The notes under the pieces are model-generated. The model ran no database searches. It was not told the DNA's origin and was given only the letters and a program-made list of their open reading frames with translations. From assembly GCF_009914755.1 (NCBI RefSeq), contig NC_060928.1: a stretch of 64,000 nucleotides of DNA, one strand, 5' to 3'. The position numbers were made by a program, and so were the translations under genes. Origin of the DNA: the human T2T-CHM13v2.0 reference genome, Homo sapiens. How positions within the stretch are numbered: position 1 is the first letter of the stretch; each line of letters opens with the position of its first letter. Positions 11,611 to 25,770 of this stretch are shown one piece after another.

Positions 11611-14477
11611 AGCAGATTTTTGTTTTCCTTTTTTCTTATAGACTTAGTGCTGTAGCTAGCATAAGTTGCCACTTAATATATGTCCAATGATTTAATAAAA
11701 GAACAATAAAATACTTTTTAAGAAGTGATTTTTGTTTTACAGTTTTACCCATTGTACACAGAGAGCTGTATAATTCTTTTTTGCTTTTATGGTAGACCTT
11801 GGCTAAGCTTTTTAAATTTATGCTCATCTTTTGAATTATCTGAGCTATAAAAAACATCTAAGGACAACAGCGATTGTGAATTAAAAAAAAATCTGAAAAC
11901 TCCACTGATTAAAATGTTAAATTTAAAATGTTAAATCTTTAAATTAAAAGGTTAAATCTCTGTAAATATAATTTTCTATGAACAAAAATAAGTGTTAATA
12001 TTAATTCTACAGTTATTATTGCTAAAACCTCAAGGCTTCCCAGGCAGAATGAAAGAGTATTATTTTACAAAATGAATCTATTTTCTTGTGCTATATAAAG
12101 GTTTTAATTTTGATGACAATGAAAGGCATCTCTAGTACCTAGCTAATAGCTATTTACATATGAGATTAGAGTTGGCCTTTAAAATTATTTTTAGATAGAG
12201 TAAAATAAACTTTGCCTCATTTTCTGGTGAAATGGGCTTAATCAACTACATCAGTCAATTTCCTACTATAAAAGAGGTAATATGAAAAGAACACAATATA
12301 TGTACTCTATATATTTGTTTTGCAACTCAGTCATATAATGCAACCAAAGAGACCCACTATCTAGTATAAGTAAAGCAATGTTATTTTTATCCCACACTTT
12401 TCACATTTTTCAGTATGTTTAAATTAAGAGCCATGTTTAGGATTGCATGAAAAGTCACAGTCCTTCCATTAAATTCGTATACCTAGTACATTTCCAAAAT
12501 GATAAGCCTGATATAAATAAAACCAGGAAAATTGGTTTTGATGCATTTTAGCTTCTGCATCAAAAAATATTGAAATAAGCATTAAAAGCAAATAGTTGTC
12601 TTTCAAAGCTGTAGTAGATTTTCCCCCTCATAGAATCCATCAGCTTTTGAAGAGGAACAAGTCATTCATTTGAAAACAGAGGTCATATTAGAAAAAAAGC
12701 AATACATGCATGACTAACAAAATCTTCTCACTCCGGAGCAAAATTTTATTTAAATTTCAAATCAGTAGTGAACCCTATCCAAACACTTTTTGAACAAGAA
12801 GGATGAACTGTATTTCTATGGAGATAGAAATACAAGATAGAAAGATAAGATATGATAGATCTTATCTTTCCTATGCCCTTGCTTACCACTGAAAGCACAG
12901 TAGGTCATGAAAAGGTACAGCTTAACTCATAAATAATGTTTAATTCACTTTATTATTACTCACCGTTCAGTTTGGAACCAAATAAGTAATCTGTGAGTAT
13001 AATTATAATAATTTCATTACTCATAAACAAAACACTTATATTACATACCTGGAAATACTCTTTTGATGGTTAAAAATAAGCTTAAATATAAGTTGTTAGC
13101 AAATAAGTGTAAATAATAGTAAATCACGGAAATTAACTACTCTTTATTTTCAAACATAGGCCAGGGCTGATGTCACTTAAAATTTGTATATCCAGCATCT
13201 CTATTTGCAAGATTAGCTAGCTATCTTTGATTTTTTAAAATATATTATACAACTGGTTTGGGAAAATACTTGCATAAAATACACTACACAAAACTAAAGT
13301 TAGTAGATCATTTGGGAAATAAAAAGAAACATGTTATTGAAAATGGAGGCTATTGAAATTTTCAGTGTAAAAGTGACTTTAAATTAAATCCGCAGACAAA
13401 AGTTGACACTGAAAAGCATATAAGAAAGGGTGTCATTTTGATATTTTCAAAGTTCTGGATATTAATCATTTTATAGATCAGATAATTGATTATATTTAAA
13501 ACTTTTGGTCAAGCATTTAGCACTGTATGCACACTGCCATCCTGGAAAAACATTTGAGGAAGCCACTGATTATGTAGTCTGGGCAACGTATTCATGTATT
13601 CTACTTTGGATTAGTTCTAATGCATGTGACTACCAACACTCTGATAATAAGTACAATATGTCACTGGAGAATAATAAAATATGAGTTACTGGATGTATCT
13701 CGAAGGTGGGGAAGCATAACTAGAATGTATTTTCCACATACCAGTTCTAAACCAGAATCAAGGAAACAGAAACCAAAATGCCTCTTTTGTGGATACAAAG
13801 AATACTGGAGGCTTCTATTGGAAGGCAAAGTAAGCTTCTTCGTGTTCAGCCCCAAATTGGGTGGGATTCTTCCCACAGTAACAGGGACTTCTTAGAGGAT
13901 CAAAGTAGAAAAATAGCTTTGGTTTAAAACTGTTCTATAAAGAGAAATAGAAAGATAGAACTACAAGTGCTCAGTTTCTCCTTCCATGCTCACTAGTTAA
14001 AAAGCTGTCCACCTGATGTGGAGTCAGAATATGGATACAGAGGCCAAGGATCCTAGAAGATGGGGCTCCCTCCATATCCAAGGAAATATAAGGAGTGGAG
14101 AAGCAGGCTAACACTTGATTCACCTAGAACAACTCTTGGATATGAGATAATGATGCCAAATAAGAAATGGGGCTACATAGACAAAGAATCTATGACTAAA
14201 ATTGCTGTTTAAGTCAATATTTATCAAGTAGTTACCATGTGCAAATGACAATGCTTTATACAGATATTTGCAAAGAGGTTGAACTCAATAAATATTTGTT
14301 GGATTAATGAAAATATGATATAAAAGCTCCAATGGAACTAAAAAAAATCAAAGCCAAAAGTTAATTCAGTTAATTGGCACTATAATTCCAATTGTCTTTG
14401 TTTAGGAGTTGAAAGAGAAAAGCAATCAATATTCAGAGCTCCCATGTGCTCAGCCACGTATTTAATATTTTTATTTC

Positions 14478-14911
14478 TGTTGTGGAAGATGGCCAAAACA
14501 AACAAAAAAAAGGCCTTAGTCTTCCCAGCTCCAGGTATTCGTGTCCTTTGTCATCTAACTTAGTAATGTTCTCAGATTGGCTGTGTGTCTTGCTTGGGTC
14601 AGCAGGATGCAGCAAAACACGACCAAGCAGAAGCTGGAAAAGTACTTGAATGATTGAGCTTGCTCTCTCTCTTGTACTGTTTCTATTACCATGAGGACAT
14701 ACCTGATCTAGCCTGCTAGACTGTAAGAGACATGTTGTACAGCCAATATATTCCTGTTGTCTCATCTGAGACCTGCAAATGCAATAAAGTTCAGCAGATC
14801 TACCTAGAAAGTACCCCAGACAATTGGGCACAGAAAGCTGATTTTTGTATGCCACTGAGGTTTCATGGTTCTTTTTACACAGCATTATTGCAACAATAGA
14901 TAAATGGTACA
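14478..14911 (+). mobile_element. MaLR MLT1 (H/I-like) solo LTR
   Basis: TG...CA ends; 3' end GCCACTGAGGTTTCATGGTT...CACAGCATTATTGCAACAATAGATAAATGGTACA typical of old MLT1. Confidence 0.7.
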
Positions 14912-15524
14912 GCTTCCTTCCATTCTCCCTCCCTCCCTTCCTCTAGCTCTCTTTCCCTCAACCTCTCTCTTCCTTTTTAAAATGATAAATCAAAATTTAT
15001 TTATTACTTACTGTATGCCAGGCACAATGGGAAAAAGTGGAGGTGCAAGGATAATAAGACACTAGCCCAATCACTTTATTCCCATGTACATCAAATCTCT
15101 CTACAATTCATGTTCTCTTAGACTGTCAAAGTCAATAAGCTATAAAATTAAGTGACTATTTTCAGCCAAAACTACATTGGCTTATTGTTGAATTCAAAGC
15201 AAAGCTTTGAGCATCTAACTAAAGGTAAATAACAGACAGTGCTTAGTCATTACTTTTATTGTTAGCTCTAGCCTCATGTCTTAGAGCCTGGGCATAAAGA
15301 CATGTCCTAATCCATAAGGTTGCTGGTGTCTCATGTGCCAGAAACAAAACAGATCAAGGAGAAGCTACTTTAATCATAGGAATTGTCATGTATGAAATGT
15401 ATACCATTGTAGGACTACACAAGACGTGGTGATACAACCATCAAAATTAAAAGTGCTTTTCATGGCCTTATAGCAAAAATCTAAAACACATATCCTTTAT
15501 TTTTAATTAAAAATATATATTATA

Positions 15525-16585
<1,061 letters not shown>

Positions 16586-19237
16586 TATTATTATTTTGAA
16601 AATAATTTCAACTTTTATTTTAGATTCAGGGGGTACACATGCAGATTTGTTACCTGGGTATATTGTATGAGGTTGACGTTTGGGGTATGATTGATCCTGT
16701 CACCCAGGTACTGAGTATAATACCCAATAGTTTTTTAACCCTTGCCCCCTTCTCTTCATCCCTGCTCTAGTAGTCCCCAGGGTCTACTGTTGCCATCTTT
16801 ACGTACATGAGTACCCATTGTTTAGCTCCCACTTCTAAGTGAGTACATGTGGTATTTGGTTTACTGTTTCTGTGTTAATTCACTTGGGATAATGGCCTCC
16901 TGTTGCATCTATGTTGTTGCAAAGGACATGATTTTGTTCTTTCATATGGCTGCATAGTATCCATGATATATGTATACCACATTTTCTTTATCCAGTCAAC
17001 AATTGATGGGCACCTAGATTGATTCCATACCTTTGTTATTGTGAATAGTGCTGCAATGAACATACAAGTAACTGTGTCTTTTTGGTAGGACTATTTATTT
17101 TCTTTTAGATGGATACCCAGTAATGGGATTGCTGGGTTGAATGGTAGTTCTAAGTTCTTTGATAAATCTCTAAACTACTTTTCACAGTGGCTGAACTAAT
17201 TGACATTCCCACCGATAGTACCTACACTTTCCCTTTTCTCTGCAGCTTTGCCTGCATTTGTTTATTGATGTTTTAATAATAATTATTCTGACTGATGTGA
17301 GATGGTATCTCATTCCAGTTTTGATTTGCATTTATCTGATGATTAGTAATGTGGAACTTGTTTTGCATGTTTGATGGCTGCATTTCTATCGTATTATGAG
17401 AAATGCCTGTTGTGTCTTTTGCTCATTTTTAACTGGGATTATATGTTTTTTGCTTGTTGAATTGTTTAATTTCCTATACATTTGGATATTAGACCTTTCT
17501 CAGATGTATAGTTGTCAAATATTTTCTCCTATTCTGTAAATTCTCTGTTGATAGTTCTTTCCTGTGCAGAAGTTCTTTAGTTTAATTAGGTCCCACTTAT
17601 CAAGTTTTGTTTTTGTTGCCATTGTTTTTGAGGAATTAGTCATAAATTCCTTCCCAAGGCTGATGTCCCAAATGGTGTTTCCTGGGTTTTCTTCTAGAAT
17701 TCTTATAGTTTGGGGTCTTACATTTAAATATTTAATCCATCTTGAGTTAATGTTTGTATATGGTGAAAGATAGGGGTATAATTTTATTCATTTGCACATG
17801 GCTAGCCATTTATTGAATAGAGATGCCTTTCCCCATTGCTTATTTTTGTCAACTTTGTCATAAGTCAGAGGGTTGTAGGTGTGCAGTTTTATTTCTGGGT
17901 TCTCCATTCTGTTCCATTGGTGTATATATCTGTTTTTGTACCAGTATTATGCTGTTTTGGTTACTGTAGCATTCTAGTATAGTTTGAAATTGGGTAATGT
18001 AATGCCTCTGGGTCATTCTTTTTGCTTAGGAGTGCTTTGGCTATTCAGGCTATTTTGTGGTTCCATATGAATTTTATAATAGTTTTTTTCTAGTTCTGTG
18101 AAAAATGATGGTGGTACCTTGATAGAAATAGAATTGAATCTGTACATTGCTTTGGGCAGTATGGTCTTTTTAACAATATTCATTCTTCCTATCCATGAGC
18201 ATGGAGTGTTTTTCTATTTGTTTGTGTCATCTCTGATTTCCTTCTGCAGTGTTTTATCATTCTCCTTGTAGAGATCTTTCACTTCATTGGTTAGGTGTAT
18301 TCCCAGGTATCTTATTTTTCACTGAAGCTATTGAAAATGGGAATGTGTTCTTGATAAGACTCTCAGTTTCAACCATATTGGTGCATAGAAATGTTACTGA
18401 TTTTTGTATGTTGATTTTGTATCCTAAACTTTACTGAAGTCATTTATCAGTTTCAGGAGCCTTTTAGCAGGGGTTTTAGGATTGTTCTTGGTATACAATC
18501 ATATCATTGGTACAGAGAGATAGTTTGACTTATTTTCCTCTTTGGATGTCTTTTATTTATTTCTTTTGCCTGATTGCTCAGGCAAAGACTTTTTGTATTG
18601 AATAGGAGTGATGAGACTACATCTCCTTGTCTTTTCCCAGTTTTCAAGGGGAATGCTTCCAGGCTTTGCTTGTTTGGTATGATGTTGGCTATGGGTTTGT
18701 CATAGATGGTTCTTATTATTTTGAGGTATGTTCCTTGGATACCTGGTTTCTTGAGGGTTCTTTTCATGAGTAGCTGTTAGATTTTATTAACAGCTTTTTC
18801 TGCATCTTTTGAGATGATTATACGATTTTTGTTTTCAATTCTGTTTATGTGGTGAATCACATTTATTGATGTGCATATATGAACCATCCTTGCATTCCAG
18901 GAATGAAGCCTACTTGATCATGTAGAATTAACTTTTTTAATGATAATTTTTACATCTGTGCTTATCAAACATATTGGCAGATAGTTTTTTTTTTTTTTTT
19001 CATTTGTCTTTACCAGGTTTTTGTATCAGGGTGATGTTGGCTTCATAGAATCAACTAGGGAAGAGTCCCTCCACCTCAATTTTATGGAATACTTTCAATA
19101 GGACTTGTGCCAGCTCTTCTATGTACATCTGCTAGAATTCAGCTGTGTATCCTTCTGGTCTGGAGCTTTTTGTGGGTGAGTAGGTTTTTTATTACTGATT
19201 CAATTTCAGAACTCATGTTCGTCTGTTCAGGGTTTCA

Positions 19238-19271
<34 letters not shown>

Positions 19272-22164
19272 CCAGTCTCATTCTATCACCTAGGCTGAAG
19301 TGCAGTGGTGCAATCTTGGCTCACTGCAATCTCTGCCTCCTGGAATCAAGCAATTCTCTTGCCTCAGCCTCCTAAGTAGCTGGGATTACAGGCACTCACA
19401 ACCACGCCTGGCTAATTTTTTTTTTTTTTTTTTTTGTATTTTTGGTAGAGACAGGGTTTCACCATGTTGACCAGGCTGTTCTTGAACTCTTGACCTCAAG
19501 TGCTCCATCTGCCTCGGCCTCCCAAAGTTCTGGGATTACAGGTGTGAGCCACCATGCCCAGCCCCTCAATTTATTTCTGATTCAATCTTGGGATATTATG
19601 TGTTTTGAGGAATTTATCTATATCCTCATAGATTTTCTAGTTTGTGTGTATAGAGTTTCTGTTCATAATAGTCTCTGAGGATCCTTTGTATTTCTGTAGG
19701 ATTGGTTGTAATATCACCATTGTCCTTTCTGATTGTACTTATTTGGATACTTGCTCTTTGTTAACCTTGACAGCAGTCTATCAATCTTGTGTATTATTTC
19801 AATAACCAACTTTTGGTTTCACTGGGTTTTTAAAGACGCATTTTTGGGTCTCAATTTTGTTCAGTTTTGTTCTGCTTTTAGTTATTTCTTTTCTTCTGCT
19901 AGCTTTGGGGTTAGTTTGATTTTGTTTTTCTAGTTCCTTTAGGTGTCATGTTACATTGTTAATTTGAGATCTTTCTAATTTTTTGAGGTGGGCATTTAGG
20001 TGCTATCAACTTCCCTCTTAACATTGATTTTGCTGCATCCCAGAGATTTTGGTATGTTGTGTCCCTGTATTCATTTATTTCAAATGATTTTTTATTTCTG
20101 CATTAATTTTGTTGTTTACTCAAAGTCATTCAGAAGCAAGTTGTTTAATTTCCATGTAATTGTGTGGTTTTGAGAGATCTTCTTTATACTGATTTCTATT
20201 TTTATTCCACTGTGGTCTAAGATTATGGTTGGTATAATTTTGATTTTTTTGAATTTATTCAGACTTGCTTTATGGTCAAGCATGTGGTCAGTCTCGGAGT
20301 ATGTTCCACATGTAAATGAGAGGAATGTATATTCTGTGGTTGATGGGTGGGTTATTCTGCAGGTATCTATTAGGTCCAATTGGTCAGGTGTTGAATTTAA
20401 GTCCAGAAATTCTTTGTTAGTTTCCTGCCTTGATGATCTAATACTGTAAGTGGGGTGAAGTCCCCCATTATTATTGTGTGGCTGTCTAAGTCTTTTTGCA
20501 GGTCTAGACATATTTGTTTTATCAATCTGAGTGCTCTAATTTCAGGTGTTTATATATTTAGGAGAGTTAAGTCTTCTTGTTTGATCAAACTCTTTATTAT
20601 TGTGTAATGCCCTTCTTTGTCCTTTTTTACTGTTGTTGGTTTACAGTCTGTTTTATCTGATATAAGAATAATGGCCCCTACTTTTGTTGTGTGTTGCATT
20701 TGCATGATAGATCTTTCTTTCACCCTTTACTTTAAGCCTATGTGTGCCATTACCTGTGAGATGGGTCCCTTGAAGACAGCAGATGGATGGATCTTGTTTT
20801 TTTAATCCAACTTGCAACTCTGTGCCTTTTAAGTGGGGCCTTTAGGCCATTTGCTTTCAAGGTTAATATTTATATATGAAATTTTGATTCTCTCATAAAG
20901 TCGTTAGCCGTTGCTTTGTATTTTCTATTGTCTGGTTGCTTCACTGGGTCTGCGGACTGTGTTCATAAATGTGTTTCTGTGGTAGGAGTTATGGTTTTTT
21001 TGTTTCCATGTTTAAAACTCCCTTAAGGATTTCTTGTAAGCTTGGTCTAGTGGTAACAGTTTCCCTTATCACTTGCTTGTCTGTAAAAGATTTCTTATTT
21101 CACTTATGAAGTTTAGTTTGGCATGATATGATATTCTTGGTTGCAATTTATTTTCTTTAAGAATGCTGAGAATAGACCCCAAATCTCTCCTGGTTTGTAA
21201 GGTATCTGCTGAGAAGTCTGCTGTTAGCCTGATGGGGCTCCATTTGTACATGATCTGACCATTTTCTCTAGCTGCCTTTGAGTCCTTTTTCTTTAGCATT
21301 AAACTTGGGCAGTTTGGTGACTATATGCCTTGGTGATGTTCATTTGTTTATAGTATCATACAGGTGGTCTCTGTATTTCTTGCATCTGGCCATCTACTTC
21401 TCTAACAAGATTATGAAAATTTCCTTGAATTATTCCCTCAAATATATTTTTCAGGTTCTTTTATTTGTCTTTCTCAGGAATGCAAATAATTCATAGGTTT
21501 GGTTGCCTTACATAATCCCATATTTCTTGAAGACTTTGTCCATTTAAAAACTTCTTTACTTTTTATTTTTGTGTGACTGGGTTAGTTTGAAAGACTGGTA
21601 TTCAAACTCTGAAATTCTTTCTTTGGCTTGGTCCAGTTTATTGATAAAGATTCAATTGTAGTTTTAAATTTCTTAAGTGAGATTTGCAACCCAGAAACTC
21701 TGATTGGTTTCTTTTTTAGGATGTTCATCCCTTCCTTCATTTCCTGGATTGCTTTACAAATTTCTTTGTGTGGATTTTCAACCTTGTCTTAGATCTTGTT
21801 AAGCTTCCTTTCAATTTTTGTTTTTAATTATTTTTCTGTCATTTCTGTCATTTCCATTTTGGTTAGAGACCTTTGCCAGAGAGCTAATGTGATCCTTTGG
21901 TGGTGTCACTACATTCAGATTTTTCATGGTGCCAAAATTCTTGCACTGTTTGGTTCTTTCTTATCGCAGATTTTGGCACTTCTACTTTTTGTGATTATTT
22001 TTTGTGCAGGTAGGATTTTTTTTTCTTTTCTCTTCATTTCCCCCTAATATATTTTTTTCTTCTTTCCCTTTCCCTTTAGCCCCCTCCCCAGAAGGTGTGA
22101 CTGTATAGAATTTTAAGTAAGGTCTTTTGGTTTTGCTTCTATAACCCTATGCCCTCCTGTCAGC
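16586..22164 (-). mobile_element. L1PA15/16-like LINE-1, about 5.5 kb, 5'UTR truncated, ORFs broken
   Basis: 3' end GGGGTATGATTGATCCTGTCACCCAGGTACTGAG; ORF2 fragments on - (16875-17063, 18504-18767, 20116-20511) and ORF1 fragment PIRLTADFSADTLQTRR (21069-21299); degenerate TSD TGATATT (16579-16585) / TGATACT (22165-22171). Confidence 0.9.
19240..19563 (-). mobile_element. AluS (Sz/Sx-like) inserted in L1 ORF2
   Basis: T29 tail 19240-19268, Alu body, central linker expanded to T20 (19416-19435); L1 sequence rejoins across it. Confidence 0.95.
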
Positions 22165-22171
22165 TGATACT

Positions 22172-23170
22172 ATAATTATATCTCTTACACTTGCTAGCTA
22201 AACCTAATTATCAGGTGAAACTGCTCAAGACATACTTGGTTGCCCTGAGATACAGTTGATATAGAAAAAAGTGAGTAAATGCTTAATTCTTTTCTGTGTT
22301 AACCACTTTTCAAAATAATGAATAGCATCTTCCAAAGGTGAACAAAGAGTTTTCTTTTCTATTGTATTTTAAAAGAATCTTAAGAGCCCATGGATTTAAT
22401 GATGTTTGATTTATTTTAATTCATTTTCCAGTAGAGGATGCTTCAAGGTGCCTTCTGAGTCCTTTTGATTAAACCCCAGCAGTCTCTGTTAGATTCTTTT
22501 GCTTTCGGGTTGACAAAATGTTCCAGACTCATCTCATACATTTTTCCCCCAGCACTGGAATTAGTCACTCAAGGAGCTGCTGGCTCCCTTTTATAGAAAA
22601 TGATATATACAGACTCTAATCTGAGCACTAGTGAAGTAAGGCAACTAGGCTAATTTGTTGTTTCTAGGCCTTTTCAAAGGAAGAGCTAGTAGATGCATAT
22701 GTAATACTTAATGAGTCGATGCAGAATCTTTGAATTCCAATGTAGAACTAATTGAATGGGAATTGTATATGACTTCATTGATATTATACCTGAAAATCCA
22801 TGTCCTTGATGACACCAGTATAATTGCTAATTTGCTTTATTCTAAATATAATACACATATAACAGTTTCAAAAAAAACACTACTGGAACTACCATCAACA
22901 TGTTCACACACACAAAAAATTTGAGATTATTTTTTCAGTTATTTTTGTGTTTTGTGTCTGTCAAACAAGAGATGTATGGTCAAATTTTGTATTTAGTTAC
23001 TTTATTTCCTCACATTGATTATGCTAGCAAATCAATAGTCAATTAGAATACCTAAGTATTACAACTTTTCCTTCATAGTTTAAGACACTGCTATGACAGA
23101 CATGTCTATTCTAATTTTAACATAATCTTTTAAGGTATTTTGATTATTTTAAGGTCAAATGCACAAACAA
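22172..23170 (-). mobile_element. Old L1M (L1MC-like) continuation
   Basis: TTGGTTGCCCTGAGATACAG...TAAATGCTTAATTC...ATGTTCCAGACTCATCTC resemble L1MC 3' region; right boundary approximate. Confidence 0.6.
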
Positions 23171-23221
23171 GTTGTAGTAGCCAGCTTCCAAATATTTTTA
23201 GTTTTTATGTTATTTTTATGC

Positions 23222-23402
23222 CTTCAAAAATCTTTCCCTCCTGCTGTTCATGTCCTTGTACAATTCCCTCTTGCCTTGAATCAGGTTAAACTGTATAACC
23301 AATAATATAATGAGGAAGTGATGGTGTGCGATTTGTAAGGATAGGTCATAAAAGACATTGAGAATTCAGTGTTGGTCTTCTGTACCACTCACTCTCAGGG
23401 GG
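23222..23402 (+). mobile_element. MaLR MLT1F-like LTR, 5' half only
   Basis: CCCTCCTGCTGTTCATGTCCTTGTACAATTCCCTC...GGAAGTGATGGTGTGCGATTT...GGTCATAAAAGACATTG...CACTCACTCTCAGGG. Confidence 0.6.
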
Positions 23403-23404
23403 CC

Positions 23405-24580
23405 TCCATGTTTAAAGTATTTCTCAATATTTTGTTGAAAGGGTTATTGTCTCCAAATACCACATAATAAATATACTTCCACATCCATGTCTTCCTAAAC
23501 CATCAGATCCCTTCTTCTACATTTTACTAAAATACTAGCATATTAACCTTACTGAATATAGGCCACTTTGTAGTCCACATTTTAGTTAAAAATAAAAACT
23601 ACTAGAGCTGCTACTAGCTGATGAAGTCATCACATTAAATTTAGTCTTTGTTAAGTGCATCCATATCAATCATTTGGCATAATCAAAAATTATATTTTGT
23701 TCTTGATGGTTTAACACTCTTAGAATTCATTCTCACATATATTTCCCAAGGTTTCTGATGATATAGATGAACAAAACATTACAATTATTTTGAAATATAA
23801 ACTTTTTCTTGGTTCACATTTGTTTCCTACAAACCTGCTGAGATCTGACACAAAATATAGGTCTGGAGCCAGTAAAGGGTAGTTTGGGTAGGTCTTGAGG
23901 TACTTAATGTTTCCCTACCATACTGCTGCCTCAGGTACATTTATTATATGGTCTTCAAGCAAAGGAGAGCTAGTTTCCTTGGAGAAAGGAGGGGAAGCCT
24001 TTCCTGGTAAAGACGACTTAGAAAACCCAGGAGTCTCTGGATGCTCAGCATTGTTTAAGTTCACCCATGTGTTTCCATTTCAAACCACAGGGTTCCAGCC
24101 TTCTCAAACAAAGCTCTTTCAGTTGGTAAATCTGTAAATTCAACTTACATTGCACTTCTTCAACCCGTACAATTAAATGGTAGTCTCACCTTCAGCAGGG
24201 TTGGCTCTGTGGGTATAAGGAATAAGCGATTCCTTTAGATTTGTCATAGAATAGAAACTCTTTGTTTCTTTTACTATGACTTAAATGAAGAGTTTAAAGT
24301 CTCAAACTTGCCACCTTCTTTTTGTAAAACTCTCTAAGGCAAGAAGCAGCAGCCATTCTTCCCCATAGGTCTTATCATTCCCACTACTTTGCAATTGTAA
24401 AGGGCAACCACCATTTGATCTGCCAAGATATTTACTCCAATAGCCACATTGTCAGAAACAACAACAGCTTACAGTTTAATTGATATGATGCCACTGGATG
24501 TTGTGAATTACTCAGATTCTATTTCACAACTGCCATAAATCTAGCCTGCATTCAAAAACAGCACCAATCAACCAAAGAGC
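23405..24580 (-). mobile_element. Degenerate ERVL-class internal sequence adjacent to LTR41
   Basis: Abuts the LTR; resembles ERVL/MaLR 5' internal region (GGGGAAGCCTTTCCTGGTAAAG; CCCATGTGTTTCCATT); no intact ORF. Confidence 0.5.
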
Positions 24581-24581
24581 C

Positions 24582-25149
24582 TTCTCAGGGTCTCTACAGG
24601 AACACAACAACCAAACTAGATATTGTAATACAGGGAACTTAATACATAAATTGATTAAACAAGTGCTGAGTGTCTGATTGAATAAACAGAGAACACTATG
24701 GTAATATGGTGATTATAGCTGTGGACACAGCTATTACATTTAGGCCTGGAGAAGTGCAGGGAAGAAGTTGGGTTTATTAAAACATCCAAAGCTTAGATGA
24801 AGACCTCATGTAGATTAACTCAGAATATCTGATCAGGAGGCCTTTTCAACTGCCAAGAATTACAGTGAAGGGGAGAATAGCGCAGTTCTGGAGTGCTCAA
24901 GGCAGATAGAGACTGCAACAAACCACTGCTGCTATGGGCATTATTGTATGAACAGTGTGAAAACAGGAAAGGAAGAAATCATTCTCCTTTTCTCTGCCTT
25001 TAAGTTCTGCTCGAGTATCTCCTACTATTGACAGAACCTAACAGGATGCCAATTAGCAAATAGTTTGCAGAGTACCAGCTCCCGAGCACAGAGCAGAGTA
25101 TAGAAGGATGAATTTGAAACTGAGTGTTAATATGCGCTTGGCTGGCACA
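24582..25149 (-). mobile_element. LTR41-family ERVL LTR
   Basis: GGGAAGAAGTTGGGTTTATTAAAAC...GCTTAG and TTTGCAGAGTACCAGCTCC...GCAGAGTATAGAAGGATGAATTTGAAACTGAG...TGGCACA match recalled LTR41 reverse complement. Confidence 0.7.
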
Positions 25150-25770
25150 ACCACTGGTTGTGCTAAGAGAACCACTATTCTCTTAGTAGAGGAGGTATGG
25201 CTTAGGATATGTTTGCTAGCTTCATACCTTTAGGGATTCACCCTCTTTTATAAACACTACATATTTAATAATATGCCTTGTGCACTCTGAGATCTGTGTT
25301 GTCTGCCCCCTCCCTACTTTCAAAAGAAAAGGAATTTCTTTTTTCTTTGCCCCAGTGCCCCCTTTCTTCTCAATTTAGCTGCTTTTCATTGATTTCTTTT
25401 TGGCATGAACTGAGTGCTGGAAACCAGCTAAGTAGATTGACTTCTAGAGTTTACAGGGCCCAGACTGCCATGTACTGACTACACTTTTCAATGTCTCCTT
25501 CGTTCACCTGTGAATTGGCACCTGCTTTGGCCTCTTCCAGTCTCTGTTGCTGTTCCCAATTGGCCCACTGAACTTTGCATGCAGATGGGAGAATTTCCTA
25601 TTTGGGAATGAGTACTTGTTGATGATTCATTTCATGGAGTCTCTAACTCTCTGCACCATTGGAAATCTCTTTGCTTCTCTTTATGTCCTCCCACATGGTT
25701 GCTGCTACGTCATGTGTCTTTCAGGAGTTGCACTTTGGCCTGTCCCTGCATTTTTGCATTTGAGACATAT

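Noticed and set aside
13560-14200. GC-richer block possibly an ancient LTR or exon (similar blocks at 25440-25770, 35800-36250, 50350-50900)
   Set aside because: No termini, TSD, family match or coherent protein similarity that I can support by eye; needs a Dfam/BLAST search.
14433-14885. 150-aa ORF on -
   Set aside because: Lies within an MLT1 LTR, non-ATG start, no recognisable domain.
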